DNA of 64,000 nucleotides from Psammoneis japonica (taxonomy: Eukaryota), in contig QPGO01000019.1 in the NCBI GenBank assembly GCA_008632985.1, forward strand, positions 496,001-560,000, read 5' to 3'. Every line of letters begins with the position of its first letter. Within the stretch, counting starts at the first letter, position 1. The translations under genes and the position numbers were made by a program. Below, in pieces: positions 13,265-25,506 of the stretch. The notes under the pieces are model-generated. The model was not told where the DNA came from. It saw only the letters and a list, made by a program, of their open reading frames with translations, and searched no databases.

Positions 13265-16200
13265 CCTCCAAAAGAAGACATCAACACATCCCAGCTGCAT
13301 CATCCAGCACAGTGCTCCAACCAGCTGTTGGCTGTGAGCCACATCTGCTGGAATCAATTCATTGCTTGCATCCACTTCAGGATGACATGAGCTGCTGAGT
13401 GGAGTGGGAGCCTTGGCTGGCAACTTCATGTCCTTGGAAGACAGGCAGGTTTCAACATTCTTGACTGCCACCTGCACATGCTGAGACAAACTGAACCCCC
13501 ACACCTTAACTCCATTCTTGAACTCCACACATTGCAAGCAGGTGCCAAGATGAAAACTGGGCAGTCCAATTGATGACTCCTTCCAGGGAAAGCACTTGCC
13601 ATTTTCCTTCCTGAGAATGTTCTCTGCATCATTGAAGCTACAGAGCACATTGTCAGTGTGCAACAACACATGCTCCCAGCATTCAGTTCCATCTATCTTG
13701 AGGAACTCACACATCCACATGTCTGGATCAGCCTTGCATGGCTTGAATCCAAGGTGTGACATGAATGCTTGCAGGTGATTCCAAAAATCACGTTCTGTTG
13801 ACTTGCCACCATGCAATGCACAACAAACAAGAGCACGCTTGCCAACATTCTCCAATCTCAGGGCCACAAATGAGTCAATGTTTCTGAAAAGATGGTGCTT
13901 GGAGATGGGCATTCTGCATGTCAGCTGCCATGACATCAACATCATTCAGTGCAGTGCCTCAGGGCAATGTTCAAAGAGTGATCCCAGACAGGAAAAAGGG
14001 CACAGCAACTTCCTCACATCCTTCCTTGCAGCTTCTTTGAGCAATCCAATGTAGAGTTTAGCCCAGGTTGATCATGGCACACCCTCTTCAAGCAGTTGCA
14101 GGCTTGCTCTGACAGAGTGCAGGAACTGACAGATCTTGCCAGACTTGTGAGCTGAGCTGCCTTGCAAATGATTGAGTTGAGAGCTCCTGTCTCTTTCAAG
14201 AACATCTTGAGGGCTTGAGGAATCTCCAATCAAGCCAACATCAGAATGGCACAAACAAAATCCTTGTTTGTCACAAACAGTTGCATGCATGAGCATCCTC
14301 TCATGGACTTGCTGGCTTTCTTGCTCACAAAGAAAGTGTCCATGAAGAAATGCTGATGAGTTCTCTATGACAATGCAACATCCGGTCATTTGCAGAGCAG
14401 TTCTGAGATGATGCAGGGTCTTCTGATTGTGGCATGGCAATGGAGTTGCATTGTCAACAGTCTGCTTGGCATCCTTGACACCAATCCTCCAGATCTTGGA
14501 CAAAAACTCTGGCAACACACCCACCAACTTGGGTGCTGTTGTGCCACCAATGTCAAGACTTGAGTCTGACTCAAAACACAAATAACGTCATTGAGAGGAG
14601 CATCCTTGAACAATGTCAAAGAAAAATGCCAAAGTCAAAACATCATCACCCAAGTCTGTGTGGCCCCCATGTTCTCCAATGGTCACAGAGGCAATTGATG
14701 CTGCAAAGATGCCAGCACCAAAATGATCCTGCAGAGACTCAGCAAGTGAGACAAGATCAAGAGCAGCAGAAATGTCCAAGATCACAACATGGGAGTCATC
14801 AGCTTCACGCGCAGCCCTCAGACATCTGCTCAAGTCATCATGAGCCTCAATCCAATCAATGGCAGACTGGGGTTGCAGTCAATGGCACATTTTCCTTGAT
14901 TTCATTTCTGGAGACACAAGAGCATGATCATCTGCAGTTGGTTCTGGCCCACGCACTTGAATCTTAAGAATGTTGTCAACAATGACCCCGGTTGCGGTCC
15001 ATTGCCAGGATGTGCAAGGCATTGTGCAGGACCAGTGGGTGCATTTTCAATGAGCATGGACAATCATGTGTCATGTGCAAGCAATCTGTCAATTGTCTTG
15101 ACATTCTTTCATTGACTTGCACTCCGGATTGAAGGGACTGACTTGTGCTGTGCATCCTGTGCCACTCAGAACACAGCATTTTTTGCCAACAACAACCACA
15201 TTGGCATGGGAATCAAGTTAAGAACATGTCTCAATCACTGCACCAGTCTCTTCATTTGTGTCCATTGTGGCATTGGATGCTGCACAGCAAGACTTGAATT
15301 TTAAAGCAGATGAGTTGGAAATCAGCGACCACAACACACATGCACAAACAGAACACATTGTCTCCCTCAAGCAAAGAGACACTGGAACAGAGTGCCATCC
15401 CTTCATTTCATTTCTGTTTCCCAGCACACCACAAGATCAACTGCAGCATGACTGGGGGAGGCTTGAACTGCACTGAGGCAGCCTGAGCCTGTTGCAGTGG
15501 TGGAGGTGGCAGCAGTGGAGGAGGGGGAGCAGAGGGTGCAGTGGAAGATGCAGCTTGAACAAGAGAGAGAGCAAGCATGCACCTGCTTTGGCATCCTCTG
15601 ATGCTGTCACAGCTTGCTCTTCCTTTTCTGTTTGAAAAGCTGGCTCAGAGGCGACGGCTTCTGAAATCATCTTCTTGATCTGCGCTTCTGTGACCCTTTT
15701 GCTGCCAGTTTGTCCTTCTTGCCTTTCTTTGCAGTCTTTGTAGAGCTGTCTGTCTCCTGCCATTCCTTGAGCTTGACCTTCTCATCAGCCTCCAGCTTGC
15801 AATGTTTGGTGTGAGTGTGGTGTTGCAGCTGAACATGGATCTTGCTGATGCCAGACTTGACAGTGCTGGAGTAAATTACATGAGGTTGCTCTGAGGCATG
15901 CTTCTTTGCCACAGGGTCATGGAGAAGAAGATGGGCAGTGGCTGCTTCAAAGTTGCTCTGTTTTCCATTTGGTGCAGTGTCATTGCAAATGAGAGCTTCT
16001 GACATTTCAGTTTTGCATCTGGCAGATGTGTGACCCAAGTGCATTTATTTGGGAGAGCTGATGGGTGACATGCTCAGCACGTTGCTGCATTGAGATGAAT
16101 GCATTCCAGTGTTGAGCAATGAATCAGTCCAGAGAGAAATTTGATTGGGCTTTCCACTTGTCAGTGCAGATGAGCTCCTCCTGCTTCTTGAGTTCAGTGG

Positions 16201-16700
16201 CTCACTTGTCCTCACCAGTGCAGCACTGTGCCATCAGAGCAACCCATGCTTCACATCCATCTTCCCTGTGCTGGAATGGCTTGATCAAAGCTGCACAGGA
16301 GGGAACACGAGCAGCTTCTTCCAGTGCATGACAAAGAGGGAAATCTTCATCATGGAAAAAAGCATGAGTGTGGCCAGGCCAAGCAATTGGCTCATCTTCA
16401 AGGGATCCGTGTTGCTCTGAAAAGGGCTGATTTGTGACCAGAGCATGTTGTGTGTTTTTGCCAGAGCTGTCTCTTCTTCTCAAGCAACACATGACAGTGG
16501 AGTTGTCCAAGCATCAATTGCACACTGCAAGTGATCTTGGAAAGCCTTGGTCCACTTCATGTTGGCAGGGACTTGGAGATCCTTGGGACATCAGGGTCAT
16601 CCTTGTCATTCCAACCCTTGAGAGCCTTCCATGCTTCTTGAAAGTTCTTGAGAGTCCTTTGAGGAAACTCCTCCTCTTTGAGTTGCTTTGCTCCATCCCT
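13155..16700 (-). mobile_element. Degenerate Ty1/copia (CoDi-type) LTR retrotransposon: gag-protease-integrase-RT remnants
   Basis: Copia domain order on the minus strand. gag: NFQEAWKALK..DDPDVPRISK and IKPFQHREDGCEAWVAL. Protease: LDSHANVVVVG (~15185-15217). Integrase: FFMDTFF..CMQLFVTNKDFV..EIPQALKMFLKETGA (~14000-14350). RT: ALHGGKS..KADPDMWM..HVLLHTDNVL..SQHVQVAVKNVE (13280-13830). Many stops, frameshifts and internal deletions. The 5' boundary is approximate. Confidence 0.9.
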
Positions 16701-19700
16701 GCCCCAAGCACTCTGGTCCTGTGCTCCCACTCCCTGCCCTGCCCTCACAACTCAGTGTGCCTCTTGCTCTTTCACAAGATGGCTCCATTTGTTTTTTGCA
16801 CAATTCCTTCCATGCCCACCCCCCCATGAACAATCTCTCTCATCTTCTTGGAAGTTGCTGTGAATGAAACCACCTGCAAGGTCTGTTGTCTGTGCAATGG
16901 GTCCCCTTCCTGGAACTCTGCACAGTGCTCTCTGCCTCTCACTGCTCCCATCTCCAAGGCAATGCTCTCTCCCTGATCTCAAGAACAACTCAGCTCCATT
17001 TGCTGACTCTCTGTCAATCTCCTCAAATCCCGTGCTCTCCATTTTTGCTCTGCCCCAGCTGGCACACCTTCTCTTTCAAATTTCTCCCAAACTTTGTCCT
17101 CACCTCCACCATCCACCCCATTGTCAGCTCAGCCCCTTTTTGATGCCAGCTGCTTTCTCACCCTTCACATAAATGCCTCAGACCTTTCCAAGCTGTGTTC
17201 AGTGCAGGTGCCACTCTTCATCAAATCACCTGTGCCCCAGTTGTGTTTTTCTTTGCTGTTGCCTTTGCTGCTGATCTCCTCCCTTCTAGCCAACTGCAGT
17301 GTCAGAGTGGACTTTCTAGCACCCATGCTGTCCACACCAATGTAAAATGTGTGCTGCGTCTCCCAGGCACCATTCTGTCCATCAAGGCTGTGGCTCTTCT
17401 TGACCTCACCAACTTTTCAACAAAGTTTTCCATGATGCCTGTCACCACACACTGCCCTCCTCCAACTCCTGCTGACCCCCTCTTCTTTCCTTCTTTGACC
17501 TTGTCCATCAACAACCCAGCCTTTATGTCAGGCTGTGATTGCTGGTTTTAGTGGTGCTCCTTTCTTCAACATGAAGGCTTTGCTCAAAGCTGATCTCTTT
17601 GTGCCCTGCCTTTTCCAGCCTTGTCCTCTCAATCAAGTTCTTGCCTGCTCTCTCAACTGAGATCCACACCATTGGTGTCTCCCACCCCACTCCAAGTGCA
17701 CTGCCTCTTCTCATCTTGATGACATGCATGCTTCTCTTCACTCACTCAGCCATCCCCTGGCTCCTGTCTCAGGGCCTCCCCTTGGCATCTGCACCCTCAA
17801 CCTACCAAGCTTCTTGCCTCCATCTCTGGCTCCTGCTCTTCTTTCTTCTTGGCCCCTGGCAATGCTGCTGATCTTGCTGCTGCACTTTGTTTGTCAACTC
17901 CTTGGCTGATCCCACTGTTCACTCCCCAAAATTGCTGTTGGCACTTGCTTCCTTGGCCAAACCATTGGCTCATCTCTGACTTTGCTTCCAATTTCCTCAC
18001 CACCAAAGCTGCCTTCTTTGCCTTGCCACTCATCTCTGTGACAAACAAAAACCAAAGAAATCTCTTAAACAAACATCCCAGCAACACTTTGCAATTGCAG
18101 CATGTTGTTTGTTCTGTGTTCAACAACACGACATGTTGATGTGTCAGAAAGGTGATTGGGTGATGCACTCAAGCAAATGGACAAGTGACAAAAGCAAGGC
18201 TGAAAGTCTCAGTCATGATTGTCAAATGTCACTTGGTGTGGTGCTTGATCAAGTTCATTGCAACTGCAAGCTCATGCACATTTGAACTTTTTCACACTTG
18301 GTGCTGCTGCACACCTCCTTGTTTCTGCCAATGCATGCTTCAACTTCCAACCCTTTGTTTCAACCCCCGACCTCTTCTGTTGGGCTTGCCTTCTGCAGGT
18401 GCACTTGTCAGGCACTTCCTCCATTTCCTTTTCCATCTGAATGTGAGACTTCATTGCATCTCCCAACTGTTTTGCAAAATGTTTGTTAGAAACAGAAATT
18501 GCTTCATGATTGCAAACACGCATTTGATGCTTCGCACAGCAAACAAGCTAATTTTTGCAAAACAGTTTGACAGAAAAGTCTTTGCCAACTGCAAATGCTG
18601 TCTTTTGGTCATTTTTGCAGCCTTCTTCTTTTGTTCCACCACCTCCTCCAAATCTGCTCAAGGCCAATTTTTGCACCTTTCCAGTTCCCATCCTTCTGCT
18701 TCAGCTTGTCAAACTTTTTTACAACCTTCTTGCCCAAGCAAACACAGCTGGAGACAACTCAACATCCTCTGCTTCAGCTTCTCTCATCACTCAGCCACTC
18801 CCCAATCTCAGGCTTCTCAACTGACTTTGGCTTCACCCTCTGATCATCAAGCTGCTTGTCAGTCTTCCCTGTGTTGCCACCCCGCAGCTGCCACTGCTTG
18901 AGCCTCTCTCCCATGACCACCAGTCTGTCTGCACTGCTGGTGGCCCTGCCTCTTTGCTGCACTGCTCCTTTCCTCTTTCTTGATTCATCATTGGAGTGGA
19001 TTTAGCATGTGGGTGTGATCTATGTCTTCTTTGAGAAGAAAAGAATGTTGCCTGCTTTTCTTGCCACCCCCCCCCCAGCATGTCTTGATGAATGACTGGG
19101 GTGCCAAGTTTGTCGAAAGCCGCGCACCTGTCCAGACACTCTGCCAGCCAAGTTAGACTGACAAAATGTTTTAAAATCAATCCATCTCTCCTGAATCAGT
19201 TGACTCTCACCTGAATGAGAGTGGCACCAAAACCCATCACATTGTGGGCTCCCAGAGTCTCTCGCATTTTTGCAAAAGTGTTTTTCAGAGCAACGGCAAT
19301 TTGGCAAAATTGCTGCATGATCTGATGGTGCCTTGTGCCCAGAAATGGTTGGCATTGCTGGGATGCCTGTTTGCCAGATGTTTTCTTGTGGGTTGCTTTT
19401 CTCTTGAGATTGCTCACACGTGCTGCTTTGGTGTGTGGAAGCATGGCACAATGCTGTGGTGTGGGTTCAGAGGCAAATGGATGTGGAGCCCAGCACAATG
19501 GACAGGATTGGTGGCATGGCATGGCATCTGAGTGGATGGAATCTTTGCAGGCAATGACAGAAATGGTGCTGGTGCTTGCAGCAGAGCTGTGACTCTGGCA
19601 GAATCGGCGGAGATGTTTGTGCTGGCTGAAGCGCCAGCCACAGAGATGCACGCCATCATTTTTGAGTGGAGTCATTTGGTGGAATTGGGAATTGGGGTGG

Positions 19701-19850
19701 GACTGTGTTATAGATCAAAATGGCATTGGCATTTCATCTCATCCCCACATCAAAATTCAGTCCAAACGAACCACAATTCTCAAAAACAGAGCAAACAAGA
19801 CCTGCATTTTTTCTGCATGCGCGTGTGCCCAAAAATGCGAGCTGCCAGGC
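16700..19850. other. TpA/CpG-depleted degenerate block containing unidentified decayed coding sequence (K/E/Q-rich, coiled-coil-like remnants on the minus strand)
   Basis: Same dinucleotide signature as the adjacent copia. Fragments such as MEEVVEQKKKAAKMTKRQ and HIQMEKEMEEV; no family recognised. Confidence 0.55.
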
Positions 19851-19959
19851 ATGCCAAAACAGCACGCGACAGAATGCGCGAAACCCCGTCAATCCCGCAG
19901 AAGAAATTTAAGTGTCGAACAATACGAAGCTGTCAACAATGATGCAAGCAGCGCAAACA

Positions 19960-20646
19960 ATGAAGTTGATCTTTTTGACGCTCGCCTTAATGGTCAGTGG
20001 AAGACGACTAACAGATGCCTTTGTGGTTTGTCCCAGTCATGTTGCGAGACAACAACAGCTCCAAGAGGACAAGCCCGGCGCGAGGACAACGGGTTCGCAT
20101 CTTGTGGTTCTGAATGCTTCCAACGACAAGAACATCTTGGCAAGGGCAGCTAACAAAATTGGCTCTTGGTTTGCGAAAAATAAAAAGGAAAATGATGATG
20201 ACACGGCCGTTGAACTACTCTCTCGCCATGACGATGGTGTGGCGCTTGCCAATGAAATGAAACAAGCACTCGAATCCTTTCCGTGGCCCTTGCGCGAAAC
20301 GACGGAATCCGTGACGCGTTCCGTCAGCCGTGGGCTCTTGCGAGAAGAACGAAAAGCCAAGCCCTTGTTGCACCAAGCCCAAAAGCTCATTCAGTCCGAC
20401 GCTGAAGTATGTGACGTTTTGGGTACGCCAATCAAGTTTGGTGATATCGTCAGTCAGAGTTCGGAAACGACCGTGTCTGTGATTAACAACAAGAGGACCA
20501 AAGTGATACGGATCGTTGATACCTTTCAAGTAGAAGGGTCCAAACAGAATGGAATCGCCATTTTGGCAGCTGACAAGTATGCCAAAGGACATCTTCAAAA
20601 GCTACGAGTCAATGTCAAGGGAATTCACTACGACATTGATGTTTGA
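19960..20646 (+). CDS. Probable plastid-targeted protein with a Coa1/Tim21-like C-terminal domain
   Basis: Signal peptide ending TDA|FVV, resembling the diatom ASAFAP cleavage motif. C-terminal LLHQAQKLIQSDAEVCDVLGTPIKFG...FQVEGSKQNG resembles the Coa1/Tim21 fold. Alternative ATGs at 19939 and 19942. Confidence 0.6.
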   Translation: MKLIFLTLALMVSGRRLTDAFVVCPSHVARQQQLQEDKPGARTTGSHLVVLNASNDKNILARAANKIGSWFAKNKKENDDDTAVELLSRHDDGVALANEMKQALESFPWPLRETTESVTRSVSRGLLREERKAKPLLHQAQKLIQSDAEVCDVLGTPIKFGDIVSQSSETTVSVINNKRTKVIRIVDTFQVEGSKQNGIAILAADKYAKGHLQKLRVNVKGIHYDIDV

Positions 20647-21212
20647 TCCCGCGGTGTCATTCTGGGTAGTATGAAATTAAAGAATAGTGTTGTCACTAAA
20701 AGATCACCAATGTATGTAGCCACAAGATAGCCACATTCGTGTTTGATGTGCCTTTGTCGTCGTCTCCGAAAAAAGACCCTCGATGGATCTTTGTAGAGTT
20801 TTTGCGTGTCAGTCAGGTGTCACACCATGGGACGGGGAGAAGTGCATCCACAAGTCGGCTTCTGTGCTTTCCAAGTTTTATGAGAATTACTACGTTATAA
20901 CATAACGTGCATAAACAACAACCGACTCAAAAGTGCCGACAAGACGAAATTGGACGAGGAACACGCCTTTTTAGTCGGATCCTTTACTTCGTTAGTTGCA
21001 AGTAGCAAGGAACGGTTTCAGCACGACATGAGGTTGAGTCTTGGATTGGGTGGAGTTTTTGAGTGAGTCATGGATGTCAACTACCGGTAGTCCGAAAGTC
21101 AGTTGTCACACCAGCATCATCGACAAGGAACCCGCCCATCGTGACCGCATCGCAGGCGCTGATTTCCAGCTTCATGCATAGTTGGAATCGATTTAATGCA
21201 CGGACATAGACC

Positions 21213-21884
21213 ATGCCCTCTTCGACAGGGAAACGTCGCCTGCTTTTCTTGCACGGCATGTGGGTCCCTCCCGAATGTTACAAGTCCAAAGAAGCAGTTG
21301 ACTTTTTGAATGTCTTGAACGATTGGGACGTTGAGTTTGTTGAAAGCCCTCGCCCCTGTCCAGACACTCCACCGAGTTGGATCGACGAAATGTTTCCTAA
21401 TCGATCCACCTCTCCTGAGTGGGTCAACTCACATTCGAATGAGGACGGCACCAAGACCTATCACGGGCTACCAGAGTCTCTTGCGTTCTTGCAAAAGTAT
21501 CTTTCAGAGCAACCACGATTCGATATAATTGCTGGACATTCCAACGGTGCCTTGATGGCATCCATCTTGTCACTCAAGATAGAGTCGGATGATAATTGGC
21601 TGGACCACAGTAAACACTGGAAAGGAGTTTTGTTGTTCAACGCGCCAGGATCCTATGAAAATGAAACGCACTTGTCGGAAGTTGTGCAAAAGCATGGAGC
21701 CATGAAAATGCCTTCGATTCACGTGTGGGGCGGCCCATCCGACATTACGTTTGAGGGAGAACAGCGCCTTCAGAAAGTGCATTATCCAAATAATGCTACA
21801 ATCATACAGCACAATGATGGACACTTGTTTCCCAAAGACAAAAAGTATTACAATGAGATCGCAGCGGCTCTCAACGAAATCTAG
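21213..21884 (+). CDS. FSH1/OVCA2-family serine hydrolase
   Basis: RLLFLHG, nucleophile motif GHSNG, PSIHVWG..D and GHLFP (Ser-Asp-His triad pattern). Intact single-exon ORF of 223 aa. Confidence 0.85.
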   Translation: MPSSTGKRRLLFLHGMWVPPECYKSKEAVDFLNVLNDWDVEFVESPRPCPDTPPSWIDEMFPNRSTSPEWVNSHSNEDGTKTYHGLPESLAFLQKYLSEQPRFDIIAGHSNGALMASILSLKIESDDNWLDHSKHWKGVLLFNAPGSYENETHLSEVVQKHGAMKMPSIHVWGGPSDITFEGEQRLQKVHYPNNATIIQHNDGHLFPKDKKYYNEIAAALNEI

Positions 21885-22204
21885 ATTCAGGAAAGGCACT
21901 GTTGCCATCCATAACGTCATCAATTTGCGTAATCAAATGATAGAGTACGCCAAACTAGCCAAACTCTTTCTGCAATGGAACTAGGTTGAATAGGAGTCAA
22001 TCAATCGGGGAGTACCTATCCGAATGTCTTCCATACTACACATTTCTCGAGCTGCATTACAGGCTTACTGTGATGTGCAATTTCGGCATCTTGATTTCTC
22101 TCGGTTCGAAAAGGATGCAAGAACGTATTATGTACAAAATTGATCTAACTGAGTAATGACGCGGCATTCGCAGTCAAAGAGCTGTGCACCGGAAAGCATG
22201 AGAT

Positions 22205-24648
22205 CTATCCGTACTTGTGGTACTTGATATCTATTTGTTGCCCCCCAAATGCATACCCATCGGTACGTTTGATTTCATAAATCAGTCCTGGCTTCTGGAA
22301 AGACAAGTACATATATTTGTTGTTGGGGGAGAAAGCCAAGCCAGTAACTTCGCCCGTCAGCTGACGCATCGAACCGTTGTTTTCAAGAATGGTAAAGTAA
22401 TTTCCTTTTATGTCCCTGCCAAACACCCCACAGTCCGTGGCACTCGAGCCCTTGGCTTCACAAAAATAGAGGATATCGTCTGACTCTTTTCCGCCGAGCA
22501 CTCTTGCGACTTGGTCGGGGTTTCCGTTAAAAGCGCCTGATTTTATCGACTCTTTGGTATAGGTGCCATGATTTGTATCCAGAATGAACAATTCAGCACG
22601 ACGTTTGCAAGTGAAGTACACAATGCCATATCTCACGTCAATGCCTGTGGATATATCCGAAGAATAGCCAACGAGCTTCAGTATAGCACCGGAAACACAC
22701 ACACGTTCGCATGCACACAACACACCTTCGCAGTTTGGATAAACATCTTTTGCACTCTTTCGGGCAATCCATATTTTCTCGGTCCAGAAAAAGGTTCCTT
22801 CGCTTCCTGACTTCTTCTTGTTGGGTTGAAGAACGAGAAACTCGGTCTTTGCGGTGCCGGTTTCATTCGAGTGCAACAAACGAGAAAAATTGTTGCTCTT
22901 CAAGGCTTTCGATATTGCCGCTGCATCTGGTGAGAACTTGAGTACGGGACCATCTTCGTCATCGGTTGTGATGTAAAAGACTGGTTTTCTTGGGTTGCGG
23001 TTATCGTATGCAGCCGACTCATACATGTCACCACCTTTGATTCCCATTATTGTTTTTCTTGGTGGATACCTTCCAAAGGGGTCCACCTCCCAAATCTGAC
23101 CGTTTTCGTATTCTTCACAGGATAGCCAAGTTTTCCAAAAAGTGGCGCCTGCCAAAGCAAGGGGTTAATAATTTTTCGTTGTTGCGTGGCGATCAATAAG
23201 CTAGAAAATGTCAAATCAAAGATACAAACACGAACCAACATACCTCCACCGCAATTCCTCCGACTACCAGAAAGTAATCTTTCGTAACCAATTACTTGGC
23301 CTCGAGCATTGAACTCAATTGCGCCGACGCCGCCCTGGGAGCTGCTTTCTGCATTGGACACGTACCTCCACCCGCCCGTCTTTTTGTTTTCAAACACGGC
23401 TGCGCCATCCGGATCCACATGCATTCTGTCTTTGGATTTTTGCCCATTGTGTTCCAGTTTGACATGCTGGCCCTGAGTGGCAATGATACGAGCCGTTAGC
23501 CCCTTGCTAAGCAGCAGTCCAGCCTCAACCTTTAACAGGTCACCGGGTGAATACTTGATCGGTTTTCCGGATGAGGGGATTGAGCAATAGTCAACACCGG
23601 GTATCAACCCCTTTCCTGCACAAAAGGGTACCCCATTGTGGCTCGTCTTGGAAAAGCAAACCAACCCAGCCTTGCAATTGCTGTTGCGCCCTGCGCAGTG
23701 GCTTTGACACATGGAGCACGGAGAAGAAGGAGTACATCGTTTTTGGGTTACAGGATTGTTTGAGCCTGCTTTCTTGTTCTCTTTATCGCTTGTAGCTTCC
23801 GTATTGTCTGGTTCATAGCAATAGGAAGCCTTCTCGATTCCATAACCAAAACACCGGACCACCTTTTCATTGTGTTTGCGTTCGTAGCATTTCAATCCTG
23901 GTTTGCATTGGTGGTGTGTTCTGCATTCTCCCTCACACGCGCCCAATAAGAATGAACGCTTCTGGTGCTTTTTGACCTTTCTCACCAGAGTAGACGAGCT
24001 GGGAGGGACAGTGCAGTAGTTCTTCCCATCAATCCCCCCTCCGAGACATCCATGGATAGCCTGAGAGTTCTTACGACGATAGCATATTAGTCCTAAGCCG
24101 CAATCTGAATCTCCTCTGCATTCCCCTTGGCACATCCCCAATGGATATGCATAAGCTGGTTGCCCCTTGATGCCTTTGCGCACCAATACTTTTGGTGCTG
24201 GCTTGAAGCAAAAACGTTTGAACCCGGGGTGTCGGCCGCTGCAACCTTGCACTTCACCATTTCTGTTGAAGCGGTGGCAATTCAAACCCAACCCACAATC
24301 CGTGTGATCAAAGCAAGGACCTTCGCAACGACCTAAAGGTCTTTTCTTACTGTCTACAATTGTCAAGGCTTTTTGAGGTGGCACCAATGAAATCATGCGG
24401 CTATGTAGAGACGACAAGCAGTATTTCTGTTCCAAACTGTTCTTCTTCTCCACACTACATCCATTTATTTCTTGATCGTTGTAAATTTGGCATGTAAATC
24501 CATTTTGGCAGTCCTCATTCGATCTGCAGCGTTGGCACTGCCTAACCAAGTCCACTGTTGACTCTTCTGAAAGAACGGCAAGAACAATTGTTGAAAATAG
24601 GGAAGCCACAACAAGGAAATTCAGCAGTCCTGTTGAGCCAGCCATCAT
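22205..24648 (-). CDS. Secreted protein: frustulin-type Cys-rich repeats fused to a PhoX/DUF839-like alkaline phosphatase domain (3 exons)
   Basis: Hydrophobic N-terminus and about five C(E/Q)GxC-type repeats. PhoX-type motifs: HVDPDGAAVF, YVSNAE, NCGGG|ATFWKTWLSCEE across intron 23243-23149, YESAAYD, NCEG|ID across in-frame intron 22725-22645, NPDQ and EVTGLAFSP. Confidence 0.85.
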
Positions 24649-25506
24649 GTCTTTTGCATCGGATCGAAAGAAAGCAGCTTTGTGAACATCGTTGTTGCGG
24701 GGGAATCCGTCTGGCGGATGTTTTTTCTGCACCCGATAGATCTCGAAATCGCGTTCTGCATGCACCGGTTCACGATCTTCTGATGACAGTAATTTATGTC
24801 TGCGGACAGAACCGTTTTGTCCGAAAATCGGGAGGAGCGACGGAAGGCAGGACTGACGCGTCTTTGCATAGAGCTTCTTGTTCGAGCTTCCCTTTTTCGG
24901 AGCTCGTCAATCGATCAGTCACAAACCAGAACACTTATGAGAATATTGTTAAATAAGGAGAAAGCGTCAGTCCCTTGTCGCAAATTACAATTTTAACAAT
25001 CGATTGAGTTCGCAATCCTGTAGGGCGTGAAAGACAATGCAGAGGGCAATATATACATTTAAAATGAACCTAACAATTATGTATGCAAATTTTTATTACT
25101 CCTTGATCTCATCTTCGTAGGCCTAAAATAAAGTAACGGGCGGGCTAACACAAGTACTGAACTGTCGCATTGCGTCGAAGGAAAACTTGAGACTTGCGTC
25201 GAGCATGAGTAGACGACGGTATAGTTGCAACAGCATAAATACTTATTTTCGTCTCGCATGACACGACTCAATTCGAGTAGTGATTGAGCGTTGAAATCTG
25301 TGTCGAGCAGACGATTGATGCGATGCGAAGCCGACGTCAAGAGTTTAGTATGGGCGAGAGAGAAAGAAATGAGAGCTCGAAGACTCCGTGTAATCATGTA
25401 CCTTGTATGAGGGAAAGGCATAAGAGCACACAACATTTATTGACGACGGCATTGCCATAAAAAATCAAATTGACATCAAGAAGAGTAACTACCGGTTTCA
25501 ACCAAC

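Noticed and set aside
13259..13945. Alternative genetic code (His/Cys codons read as Tyr) or stop-codon reassignment
   Set aside because: Neighbouring intact genes use TAY for conserved Tyr and end in standard stops, and the affected frames also carry frameshifts.
16750..18150. DIRS/tyrosine-recombinase or MULE transposase call for the segment next to the first copia
   Set aside because: Only vague resemblance; I could not identify a catalytic motif.
13155..19850. Classical fungal RIP or simple 5mC decay as the full explanation
   Set aside because: RIP raises TpA and AT content, and 5mC decay removes only CpG. Here TpA is the most depleted dinucleotide.
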